A stretch of DNA of 64,000 nucleotides from an uncultured delta proteobacterium. GTDB lineage: Bacteria > Myxococcota_A > Polyangia > Polyangiales > JAFGIB01. This document shows positions 19,594-28,219 of the stretch, piece after piece. The position numbers and the translations under genes are program-made. Location: positions 224,001 to 288,000 of the forward strand of contig CAVZVA010000010.1 in NCBI GenBank assembly GCA_963778655.1. Reading direction: 5' to 3'. Under the pieces are notes generated by a model, which was given only the letters and a program-made list of their open reading frames with translations, did not search any database and was not told the DNA's origin. Each line of letters opens with the position of its first letter. Position 1 is the stretch's first letter.

Positions 19594-19731
19594 GCAGCCC
19601 CGGCGAACTCTGGCGCGGGGCGTAAATCGGCGCAACCCGCCCGCAGGCCGCCGCCGGCCGAGCTTGCTCGGTAGCGCGGAAGCGGCAACCCGGCGGCGCG
19701 CCGCCCAGATGGCGGTCGCCCGCTGCGGCTG

Positions 19732-22700
19732 TTACGGCGGCGCCATCGAGGGCGACCTGCAGGCTCCCGCCACGTCACCGTGGTCGAGCAGCTCGGCGGC
19801 CAGGCGCGAAAGCAGATCTCCGCGAGCCACCTGTTCGGCGCCTTCGACTTGGAGCGCGAGGACCGCGGCCAGGCAGCGCTCCGGCTGCATGCTGAACAGC
19901 GCGATCGCCTTGAAGCGCCGCCCGTCGCGATCGGTGTGGCGGGAGGGCACCGCGCTCTGCGAATCCGTTTCGGAGCAGGTCGTCTCGGCCGTGGATAGCC
20001 CCGCATCGGCTTCGCTCAGGAAGGCGGCGACCTCGGCAGCGGCCCAGCGCCGCAACCAGTCGTCGAGGCCGGGCTCCGGCATCGGGTCGGGCAACCCCGC
20101 CATCAACATCAAGCCGTCTGCATCCACGCCGTACAGGTAGCCGGCGAAGCTCTCCATGTGCTGCAGCAGGACTGTCAGGGCACAGCGCGCGCGATCGGCG
20201 CGGTCGGCGCACTCCTCCATGCGGCTGTAGATCGTGGCGTACTCGCTCTCGCTGTGCTCGGAGCTCAACGCTTCGAGCTGCGCCGTCGGCACGATCGGGG
20301 CCTCGCTGGCGCTGCGCGCATCGTCGAGCAGGCGAGCGAACCTCGCCGCCAGCGCGGGATTCTTGCGCAGCTTGTACACGCTGCCGCAGAGCCCCGCGAA
20401 GTGCTCGAACGCGGCGGCATCGCCCAACTCGAATGCAATCCGAGCTCGGGTTTCGTACGCGAATCCAACCAGGACGGTGCCCGACTCCTGCTGCAGCAAG
20501 CCCGCGATCATCCGCTCGGCGAGCGCGACGCCTTCGGCGCCTCGTCCGTCGCGCGTGAGCGCGACCGCCAGCGCCAGCCCGAGCTGCCGTCCAAACGAAG
20601 CTGTGGCCAGCTCTTCGCGCTCGCACAGCGCCAGGTGCTCGCGGCCGACCTCGCAGGCCTCTGCCACGCGCCCGAGGTCGGTCAGCAGCGCGACCTGGGC
20701 GGCGGCGAAGGGAACGAAGCACCAGTGCCGGCCGGCCGGCGCGAGCTCGCGCGCGGCCAACAGCTGCTCGAGCGCGCCTTGGAAGTCGCCCTGGAGCTGG
20801 CGCAGGCGAACCTCGCCATAGACCTGCACCGGCCGCCACCCCGGCTGGCGCTCGGCCAGCAGCGCGACGCGCTCGAGCGCGGTCCGCAGGCCCACCAGGT
20901 CGCCGCTGAGGGCGGGCGTCATCAGCTCGATCGCGAAGGTCGAGCCGATCGCGTACTGCTCGCCTCCGACCTGCAGCTGCAGCGCCTCCGCGCGCCGCAT
21001 GCAGCGCCGCGCCTCATCCACGTCGCCGCGGCTCAGGTGCATGAGCTGGCGCACGCGCCACGCACTCACCCGAAAGATGCGATCGCCATCCAGCACGGCG
21101 GCGTGCGTTTCCGCCTCTTCGCTGCCGTTGACCCCGCAGCGCATCCCCAGCAAGAGGTGCAGGCCGGCGCGGACGCGCACGTGATGCGCCTCGGGCAGCC
21201 CGGCGCGGTCGGGTTGCTCGACGCGCGCCAGCAGCTCCTCGTAGATCATGGCCGAGCGCTCGAAACGACCCTGCACCCAGGCCTTGCTCGCGTCACCCAT
21301 GCGCTCGATCACGCTCAGCGCCGGGGAGAGCGGGGCGAGCGGCGCGAGCGACGGAAGCTCGTTCCAGACGTCGAGCTCGAAGCTCGCGAGACCGACCGAA
21401 TGAAAGACCGAGGCGAGCCGAACCAGCTCGGGGATTGCCTCGGTGACGGAGTATCCGCGAGCCTGTTCGGGCGTGGCCAGGTACTGCTCCTGGGCCTTGG
21501 TGAGCGCCTGGGCCAGCCGCTCCTGCGGGGGTAGCTGCTCGAGCGTGCGGTACAGCGCGAGACCGGTGTCGCGATCGAGCTGATCGAGCAGCGGCTGCAC
21601 GTTGGCCAAGAAACAAGGGAAGTCGGGCACCGCCTGGGCTTCGATCACAAGCGCCATGCGCAAGCGCTGAACCGTGCGCACGCTCAGGCCGAGCCGCTCG
21701 GCGCTGGCGACCGCCCGCTCGAGCAACGACAGCGGGGTGTGGTGGCCGCTGAGGCTCGTGCTCGACAGCAATTCGATCGCCTCGAGGTCATGGCCACCTC
21801 CGCACCCGAGCAGATGGTGGACGCGACGCATGACGTCGCCGCCGGTCTCTGCGAGCCAGCGCGCGACCCGCTCGTGCACGGCCACCGCGACCGCCGGGGT
21901 CATGGCCGACGCCACCACCGCGAAGAAGCCGCGCTGGCTGAAGCGATAGCGGTCGCCGTCGGCGGCGATCACGCGCATGGCGACCAGCTCGTCGAGCGCC
22001 GCGTACACGCGCGGCGGGGTGCGATGCTGGGTAAAGCTCGGGTAGCTGCCGACTGGCGGCGCATCGCCGTCGCTGATGCACAATACGTCGCACAGCTCGC
22101 GCGCGTCGGGAGACAGCGCGTCGAGGCGCTGCTGCAACGACGTCAGGAAGCTGGCGGGAAGCTCGCGCTCGCTCAGGCTCGCCGGCAGCGCGAAGCCCCC
22201 CGCGCGGTAGCGGACGATCCCGGTGCTGACCAAGTGCTGTGCCAGCTCCATGGTGGCGCGCGGATTGCCCTGCGCCAGCCCGTAGATGCGCGCGGCGACC
22301 AGCTGCAGGTGGGGCACGTCGCCGAACACCGCGCGGGTCAAGCTCTCGGACTGCGCCTGGGTCAGGGGCTCGAGCGCAACTTGGGAGCCAACCGAGCGCA
22401 ACAGGCGTTGCGCCGGTGAAATCGCGGAGTTGCTGTCGCGGTCGATCGCCAGCGCCACGACCAGCGGATGGCGTTCGGCCTTGTACGCCAGCGCGGCGAG
22501 CACGGCCATGGACGGCTCGTCGATGCGCTCGAAGTCGTCGATCGCGATCAGCAGGCGCTGCTTGCGCGTCAGCGCGAGCACGAAATCCCGCAGCTCGCGG
22601 ACCAGCAGCTCGCGCTCCGGGACGACCACCGAAGTCGAGCCGCTGCCTTCATAGGGCAGATCGTCCAGCACCGGAGCGAGCACCTTGCGCGACAGGCGGG

Positions 22701-23832
22701 CGGCTTGGGCGGCCTGCTTGGGCATCAGCGCGAACAACTGGCGTCCGAGCGCACGCACCACGCCGAAGTCACCCTGCGCGCCATCGCCGGCGTCCGCACG
22801 CAACACCGCGGCCCCGAGCAGCTTGGCTTCGATGGCGCAGGCGTCGAGCAAGCGCGAGCGGCCGGAGCCGGCCACGCCTTCGATCAAGAGCACGCCGCCG
22901 TCGCCGCGCCCGAGCGAGAGCAACTGCTTGCGCACGGCGACCAGCGCGCGATCGCGCCCGATCAGCGTCGGAGCGATCAGGTAGGCGTGCGAGACCGCGA
23001 CCTGCTCCTCGAGCGGAAGCTCCGCGATCGCGCACAGCCGGCTCAGCACCTCGGCCGCGCTATGGGGCCGGGCGTTGCGGTCGAGCGCCAGCAGGTTCAG
23101 GATGAGGTCGCTGAGCGAGCCGGGGATTTCCGGGACGAGCCGCGACGGGGGCTGCGGGCGCGAGCGCCAGGCGTCGCGAAGGTTGCGAATGCTGCGCGCG
23201 TGATATGGGTAGCGGTCGGTCAGCAGGCGGTAGCCGAGCGCGCCCAGCGAGAACAGGTCGGCGCGCCCGTCGAGGGTCTGCATCTGCAGCACCTCCGGCG
23301 CCATGAACGCGGGCGTGCCCACGATCTCCTTGGGCGCGCCCATCGAGGTCATCGCGCCGAAGTCGAGCAGCTTGGCGCGCCCGTCCGGCGTGCGCCGCAC
23401 GTTGCGCGTCGAGACGTCGCGGTGCAGCAGGCCGCGCGCGTGCAGGATCGCCAGCGAGGAGGCGACGTCGCGGAGCAAGGCGCAAACTTCCCGCCAGGGC
23501 AGCTTGCCGCTGCTCTCGAGGTCGTTGCCCCCGAGCAGCTCCATGACGTAGTAGGGCCCGTGCTCGTCGACCCCGTAGTCGTAGACCTCGATGATGCTCG
23601 GATGCGCCAATTCGCACAGGGTGTGATATTCGCGCGCGAGCAACGCCTGGTAGCGCCGCTGCTTCCTGCTGTCTGCGGCCACGCCGCGCTTGAGGGCGAG
23701 GCTCTTGCCGGTTTGGGTGTCTCGCACCCGGTAGACGATCGCCATGCCGCCCCGGCCCAGGGCCTCCTCCAGCAGGTAGTGCCCGCCGACGACGACGCCG
23801 GATGGAGCGGAGGGCGCTTGCGCGTCGTCCAT
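19732..23832 (-). CDS. Ser/Thr protein kinase fused to AAA/STAND-like ATPase and helical repeats
   Basis: LGRGGMAIVY, HRDVSTRN, DFG, APE kinase motifs; then LIGRD, GVAGSGRSRLL and LLIAIDD. Confidence 0.9.
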   Translation of the reverse strand: MDDAQAPSAPSGVVVGGHYLLEEALGRGGMAIVYRVRDTQTGKSLALKRGVAADSRKQRRYQALLAREYHTLCELAHPSIIEVYDYGVDEHGPYYVMELLGGNDLESSGKLPWREVCALLRDVASSLAILHARGLLHRDVSTRNVRRTPDGRAKLLDFGAMTSMGAPKEIVGTPAFMAPEVLQMQTLDGRADLFSLGALGYRLLTDRYPYHARSIRNLRDAWRSRPQPPSRLVPEIPGSLSDLILNLLALDRNARPHSAAEVLSRLCAIAELPLEEQVAVSHAYLIAPTLIGRDRALVAVRKQLLSLGRGDGGVLLIEGVAGSGRSRLLDACAIEAKLLGAAVLRADAGDGAQGDFGVVRALGRQLFALMPKQAAQAARLSRKVLAPVLDDLPYEGSGSTSVVVPERELLVRELRDFVLALTRKQRLLIAIDDFERIDEPSMAVLAALAYKAERHPLVVALAIDRDSNSAISPAQRLLRSVGSQVALEPLTQAQSESLTRAVFGDVPHLQLVAARIYGLAQGNPRATMELAQHLVSTGIVRYRAGGFALPASLSERELPASFLTSLQQRLDALSPDARELCDVLCISDGDAPPVGSYPSFTQHRTPPRVYAALDELVAMRVIAADGDRYRFSQRGFFAVVASAMTPAVAVAVHERVARWLAETGGDVMRRVHHLLGCGGGHDLEAIELLSSTSLSGHHTPLSLLERAVASAERLGLSVRTVQRLRMALVIEAQAVPDFPCFLANVQPLLDQLDRDTGLALYRTLEQLPPQERLAQALTKAQEQYLATPEQARGYSVTEAIPELVRLASVFHSVGLASFELDVWNELPSLAPLAPLSPALSVIERMGDASKAWVQGRFERSAMIYEELLARVEQPDRAGLPEAHHVRVRAGLHLLLGMRCGVNGSEEAETHAAVLDGDRIFRVSAWRVRQLMHLSRGDVDEARRCMRRAEALQLQVGGEQYAIGSTFAIELMTPALSGDLVGLRTALERVALLAERQPGWRPVQVYGEVRLRQLQGDFQGALEQLLAARELAPAGRHWCFVPFAAAQVALLTDLGRVAEACEVGREHLALCEREELATASFGRQLGLALAVALTRDGRGAEGVALAERMIAGLLQQESGTVLVGFAYETRARIAFELGDAAAFEHFAGLCGSVYKLRKNPALAARFARLLDDARSASEAPIVPTAQLEALSSEHSESEYATIYSRMEECADRADRARCALTVLLQHMESFAGYLYGVDADGLMLMAGLPDPMPEPGLDDWLRRWAAAEVAAFLSEADAGLSTAETTCSETDSQSAVPSRHTDRDGRRFKAIALFSMQPERCLAAVLALQVEGAEQVARGDLLSRLAAELLDHGDVAGACRSPSMAPP

Positions 23833-23871
23833 GGCTCATCATCGCACGCAACGGCGCAGCGGCGAAGGTAG

Positions 23872-25407
23872 TCAGCGGTGCGCCTTCGGAGAGGCCGCGG
23901 CGGGGCCGGGGCGCGGGCGACGGGCCAGCACCAAGAGCAGCGCGCCCAGCCCCAGCGCGAGCGCGCTCAACGCCAGCGCGAGCCCGGTCGCGAGCGGGCC
24001 GCCTTGGCTGAGCCACAGGTCGAGCGTCTTGGGAGTCGGGTCGTGGCGCGGCCGCCAGGCGGGGATGCCGAGGTTCCGCCAGGGATAGTACGAGCGCTGA
24101 GTCCAGGGGCGCTTGTGCAGATAGCGCTCGAGCAACCACTGCTGGCCCACGATCGGATTGAGCTCGGGGATGAAATGCAGCGCGAGCAGCTCGTCGCGCA
24201 CGGCGCTTCTGTCCCGAGGGTGGCCGATCACGGTGCTGCTGGCGGCGGTCGAGGCGATGATGAGCTGCGAGGGCGCGATCAGCACGGCGAGCAGCTGCAC
24301 GTACAGTCCGGCCACACCGAGCGCGAGCACGAGCGCGCGTGCCGCGCCGCCGTGCCGCAACGGCCACAGCGCAGGCACGCAGGCCAGTGGCACGACCGGC
24401 AGCAGCAGCCGCGGGCCCCACGCCCAGTCGCCGTTCCAGGCCCACCACTTGGAGACCGCGAGCAGCGTCACCAGGGTCGGGATGCCGAGCAGCCACAGCT
24501 CGCGGCGCCGTTCACGCAGCATGCGAGGAAAGCCCCACAGGCTCGCGAGCAACAGCGGCGAGTACAGAAAGACGCTCTTGCCCGAGCTGAACAGCAGGCC
24601 GTACAGGCCGGATGCGAGCGGCACGCCGAAGCTGATCGATCCGTCGCGCTCGACGCCGTAGCCCTGGGCGAGGAGGCTGCCGTAGCGCGCGTAGTTGTAC
24701 CCGAGCCAGGCGAGCGCGCCCGGCAGCGCACCCAGGCAGAACACAGCGGCGCTGCGCCAGCGCGCGCGGTCCCAGCGCTCGTGCAGCTGGTCGGCCAGCA
24801 TCGCCAGAGGCAGCACGGCCAGCAGGATCTTGGCGTTGATCGCGAGCCCTGCCAGCAGACCGGCCGCGAAGAATGCGCCCCGCGCGCGCGCATCGCGGGC
24901 GCGCAGCGTGGCGAGCACGGCCCACACCAGCAACAGCGCCTGCAGCGTCTCGCTGTAGAGGCTGCGGCCGGCTGGAAGGATGGGCGTCGTGAACGTGACC
25001 AGCAGGGCGAAGGCGAGCGCGATTTGTGGGCTTGCCTCGAACGCCAGCGCGAGCTGGAACAGGCCGACCGCAAGCAGGCCGGTCACGGCGTGCGGCGGAA
25101 CCCCGAGCGCGAAACCGGCGAGCCCAGGCTCGTGCGGCCAGTGCGCGCCCACCACGTGGCGCAGCGCAACCGCCGGCACGCACTGCAACACGTCGAGCAA
25201 GGGGTACTTCGCGTAGCGCCTGTTGCCGCGCGGCCGGATGTCGATGCCGCCGTGGTCGACGATCGAATCGGCCACCTGACACATCAACGACGCGTCGCCG
25301 GCATACGGGTTGGCGCGCGCCACCACCCCCAGCAGCGTGAACACGAAACAGAACAACACGAGCTGCAAAGCCCAGGTCGAGCTCGGTGGTGCTTTGGCGG
25401 CGGTCAT
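23872..25407 (-). CDS. Multi-pass membrane GT-C-type glycosyltransferase
   Basis: Many TM helices; SLYSE, LYGLLFSSGKSVFLYSP and WNGDWAWGPRLLLP motifs. Confidence 0.7.
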   Translation of the reverse strand: MTAAKAPPSSTWALQLVLFCFVFTLLGVVARANPYAGDASLMCQVADSIVDHGGIDIRPRGNRRYAKYPLLDVLQCVPAVALRHVVGAHWPHEPGLAGFALGVPPHAVTGLLAVGLFQLALAFEASPQIALAFALLVTFTTPILPAGRSLYSETLQALLLVWAVLATLRARDARARGAFFAAGLLAGLAINAKILLAVLPLAMLADQLHERWDRARWRSAAVFCLGALPGALAWLGYNYARYGSLLAQGYGVERDGSISFGVPLASGLYGLLFSSGKSVFLYSPLLLASLWGFPRMLRERRRELWLLGIPTLVTLLAVSKWWAWNGDWAWGPRLLLPVVPLACVPALWPLRHGGAARALVLALGVAGLYVQLLAVLIAPSQLIIASTAASSTVIGHPRDRSAVRDELLALHFIPELNPIVGQQWLLERYLHKRPWTQRSYYPWRNLGIPAWRPRHDPTPKTLDLWLSQGGPLATGLALALSALALGLGALLLVLARRPRPGPAAASPKAHR

Positions 25408-25530
25408 GGAGCGCGAGGGGTGCTGGGCTCGGCGTGCCTGGTGCGCGCGCGCTTGTCGAGCCCCAAACGTCGCAGCTCTTGCGCGCCGGCTGCGGGCACT
25501 GCCCTGGCCGCGCCGCGCTCCACCCGCGGG

Positions 25531-26172
25531 TCAGTTCTGCTGCGCGCCGGCGGCGATCCAGTCGTGGACCGCGGCGATCGATGCGTCGTCCCACTGGCGC
25601 AGCGCCGGGGGCATGCGCTGCCCGCCGGTCGTGGGCTCGTCCTCGCTGATCTTGATGTAGAGGATGCTCTGCTCCGGGGCGCCAGGCGAAAGATAAGGCC
25701 GCACCGCAATGTAGGCCGCGGCCGCAGCGTCGACCGCGAACTTGCCCGGGGCGTCGCTGCCGCCCTCGACGCCGGGCAGACCCGGCAGACCGGGCCGCGG
25801 CCCGCCCGCGTCATCGCCGCTGCCCGCCAGGCCGTGACAGTTGCCACACGAGTCGACCAGGCGCGGATAGATGTCCAGCGTCCAACGCGGACCGCCGGCG
25901 TCCGGCGAGCCGGCGTCGATCGGACCGGCATCGTGGCTCTGGTGTTGCGAAGCGTCGGGCGTGTCCTTGGTCGCCGATGCGTCGTGCCCGGCGTCGAGCG
26001 CCTGCCGGCCGGCGTCCACGCCGGGCGAGGCCTCGGGTGCGCCGGCGCTGGCGTCGCGCGCGCCCGCGTCTTGCAGCTTGTGCCCATCCGTCTGGCAGGC
26101 GCCGAGCCCGCCTAGAATTGCCAGGGTCGCGGCGATGGCCGGGGCCCGGCTCGCTGGTTTCGGTGTCGTCAT
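25531..26172 (-). CDS. Monoheme c-type cytochrome lipoprotein
   Basis: GGAGG RBS, LGAC lipobox, DAG-rich linker, CGNCH heme-binding motif, PGAPEQSILY and QRMPP (candidate Met ligand). Confidence 0.8.
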   Translation of the reverse strand: MTTPKPASRAPAIAATLAILGGLGACQTDGHKLQDAGARDASAGAPEASPGVDAGRQALDAGHDASATKDTPDASQHQSHDAGPIDAGSPDAGGPRWTLDIYPRLVDSCGNCHGLAGSGDDAGGPRPGLPGLPGVEGGSDAPGKFAVDAAAAAYIAVRPYLSPGAPEQSILYIKISEDEPTTGGQRMPPALRQWDDASIAAVHDWIAAGAQQN

Positions 26173-26240
26173 GGTCGTGGTCCTCCGAGCGCCCGCCCTG
26201 GGCAGCTCAGGGACCCGATAGAGCAACTTCCGTGCCGCTA

Positions 26241-26258
26241 TAGGAATTTGACTTCCTA
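26241..26258. promoter_or_regulatory. Palindromic operator-like site TAGGAA-N6-TTCCTA
   Basis: TAGGAATTTGACTTCCTA in an AT-rich region upstream of the cytochrome gene; the core recurs at 27087 and 27192. Confidence 0.65.
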
Positions 26259-26337
26259 AATCACCTTCCGGAATTTTGGCGGTTAAATGGGCTAGATCCG
26301 AGGGATTCTGCGACACACCCTGGCACAGATCGGATAT

Positions 26338-27057
26338 TTATTTCCTACCCACGGGTGCGATGGCCAGCCCCAACGAGAAGCGGGCGTCGGTACGGCCGGC
26401 GAACTCGGCTTCCTCCTCCAGGGTCGCGATCTCGCGCCGCAGCTCACCCTCGAAGCGGGTCAGGAAGGCCTGCAGCGACTCGGGCAGCGCGCAGAAGGTG
26501 ATCGTCTTGATCATCACCCCCTCGCGCTCGTCGAACACCAGCCGGTGCAGCACCGCGCTGTAGACGCCGTCGAGGAAGTGATTGAGCGCGTCGATCCGGT
26601 GGTGGAACTGGTCGGAGGCCAACACGTGGTAGCGAGCCGGCGCCTGCAGCCTACCGTCGGCGGCGAGCTCGGCGCGGCCCTCGGCGCGCAGCCGCTGCAC
26701 CGCGTGCTCGATCTCGGCCTCCGTGGCGCCGGGAAAACGCGCTGCGAGCTGTTCGGGGTGCGGGCGCGCGGCGGCGATCGCGTCCTCGACCTCGCGCACC
26801 AAGCCCACGTCGCGCTCGGCCGCGAAGAAGTCGCTGCGTAGCTTGCGCGCGAGCGAGCGCATGTGCCGATCGGTCTGCCCGAGGCGGCGGCCGGCGGCGG
26901 CCTGGGTCAGGCCCTCGTGACGCAGATGCTCGAAATAGGACAGCCGCAGCAGCTCGGCCAGGGTGCGCATCGGGACGTGGAAGCGTGCCGCCGCCCGCAC
27001 CACCGGCTTGAGCAGCGAGTACACGAGCCGGAGCTGGGCCTCGCGGAGCTGCGCCAC
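26338..27057 (-). CDS. DUF6502-like protein, putative DNA-binding regulator
   Basis: N-terminal LVYSLLKPVVRAAARFHVPMRTLAELLRLSYF resembles DUF6502; HTH-like GLTQAAAGRRLGQTDRHMRSL; second wHTH-like segment. Confidence 0.6.
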   Translation of the reverse strand: MAQLREAQLRLVYSLLKPVVRAAARFHVPMRTLAELLRLSYFEHLRHEGLTQAAAGRRLGQTDRHMRSLARKLRSDFFAAERDVGLVREVEDAIAAARPHPEQLAARFPGATEAEIEHAVQRLRAEGRAELAADGRLQAPARYHVLASDQFHHRIDALNHFLDGVYSAVLHRLVFDEREGVMIKTITFCALPESLQAFLTRFEGELRREIATLEEEAEFAGRTDARFSLGLAIAPVGRK

Positions 27058-27086
27058 CCCGGGACGGTAGCACCCCGAGCCGGAGC

Positions 27087-27100
27087 GGAACAAGACTTCC
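27087..27100. promoter_or_regulatory. GGAA-N6-TTCC site upstream of the DUF6502-like gene
   Basis: GGAACAAGACTTCC followed by TA; shares GACTTCCTA with the 26241 site. Confidence 0.6.
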
Positions 27101-27191
27101 TATTTGAAGGGACAGCGCTCTACCAGCCAGCCAGGGCAGAAAAAGCTTCGCCATCCCCTGGGGTTAGGGTGGCGGTGGACAGCACCGTTCT

Positions 27192-27205
27192 GGAAGAAAA
27201 GTTCC
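27192..27205. promoter_or_regulatory. GGAA-N6-TTCC site upstream of the small Cys-rich lipoprotein gene
   Basis: GGAAGAAAAGTTCC, about 40 bp before the GTG start at 27246. Confidence 0.55.
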
Positions 27206-27245
27206 TGTATGGTAAGCTCCGCGGGTCCTTGCTTTGGAGGTCGTC

Positions 27246-27524
27246 GTGAACCCCTGCCCTCGGACCGCCCGCGCCGGCATACGCGGTCGCGCGCGCTTGC
27301 TGGCATGCCTGCTGGCCGCGGGCGCGGCGAGCGCGTGCACCGACAGCGGTGCGATGCAAATTGCCGGCGGCCAGGGCGGCGGCGGCTCCTCCGCGACCGA
27401 GACCAACGTCGCGCCGTTGCACTGCAATGCCAGCAGCGATTGCCCCAGCGGCGCGCAGTGCGTCGACAGCGCCTGCAGCACGGCAGCGAGCGACAGCGAC
27501 GGCGGCGCCGAGCTCCCGCCGTGA
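27246..27524 (+). CDS. Small Cys-rich lipoprotein
   Basis: GGAGG RBS, ASAC lipobox, Gly linker and a CNASSDCPSGAQCVDSAC module. Confidence 0.65.
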   Translation: MNPCPRTARAGIRGRARLLACLLAAGAASACTDSGAMQIAGGQGGGGSSATETNVAPLHCNASSDCPSGAQCVDSACSTAASDSDGGAELPP

Positions 27525-27584
27525 GGCCACGACGCTGCTCGTCCTCGCAGTCGTGCGCGTCCTCTGCGACCACGCGCGGGCCAG

Positions 27585-28016
27585 CTACAGGCTGGACGGG
27601 ACCCACGGGCCGACGCCTGCGATGCGGGTGGGCGCGATGCGGGTGATGAAGCCGGGGTTGCGGCGGAAGGGCTCGGGCGGGAACACCACGCTCGGCCCCA
27701 GGTACACGTGCGCCAGCCGCTGCAGCAAGTCCGCGGCGCCGCCCTCGGTGATGCGCGCGTTGCCATAGACGACCAGGTATTCGAGCAGCCCCATCGCGTT
27801 CTTCTTGTGGCCGAGCATCGAGAGGCCCACGCGCGGGTCACGGCGCACGTTCTTGACCTTCTGCCAGACGCCCATGTGCCCGCACACGAATTCGTCGTTC
27901 TCGATCCCGATCCACACCACCGACACCTGCGGGCTGCCGTCGCGGTTGAGCGTGGTCAGGTGGGCGTAGGGTCCGGTGGCAATCAGGTCGCGCATCGGTT
28001 GCGAAATCACGCTCAT
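27585..28016 (-). CDS. PPOX-class (pyridoxamine 5'-phosphate oxidase-like) F420/FMN-dependent oxidoreductase
   Basis: AHLTTLNRDGSPQVSVVW and KVKNVRRDPRVGLS motifs. Confidence 0.9.
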   Translation of the reverse strand: MSVISQPMRDLIATGPYAHLTTLNRDGSPQVSVVWIGIENDEFVCGHMGVWQKVKNVRRDPRVGLSMLGHKKNAMGLLEYLVVYGNARITEGGAADLLQRLAHVYLGPSVVFPPEPFRRNPGFITRIAPTRIAGVGPWVPSSL

Positions 28017-28028
28017 CTTCGCCCTCCC

Positions 28029-28047
28029 GGCTCAGTCTGACTGAGCC
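28029..28047. promoter_or_regulatory. Perfect 19-bp inverted repeat, operator-like
   Basis: GGCTCAGTC-T-GACTGAGCC immediately upstream of the PPOX gene RBS. Confidence 0.5.
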
Positions 28048-28219
28048 TACCGTGGAACCCCGCTGCGGCAAACCGGCGCACCCGCGCGCGCCGCGTCAGT
28101 GAACGACAGCCGTCAGCCCCAAGCCACCCTCGGCGGCAGTGTCGGGTGCCGCCGCTGAGCGCCGGCCGCACACCCCTGCTGCATCAGGGTGAAGCACCGG
28201 CTCATGAGCACGACCTGGC

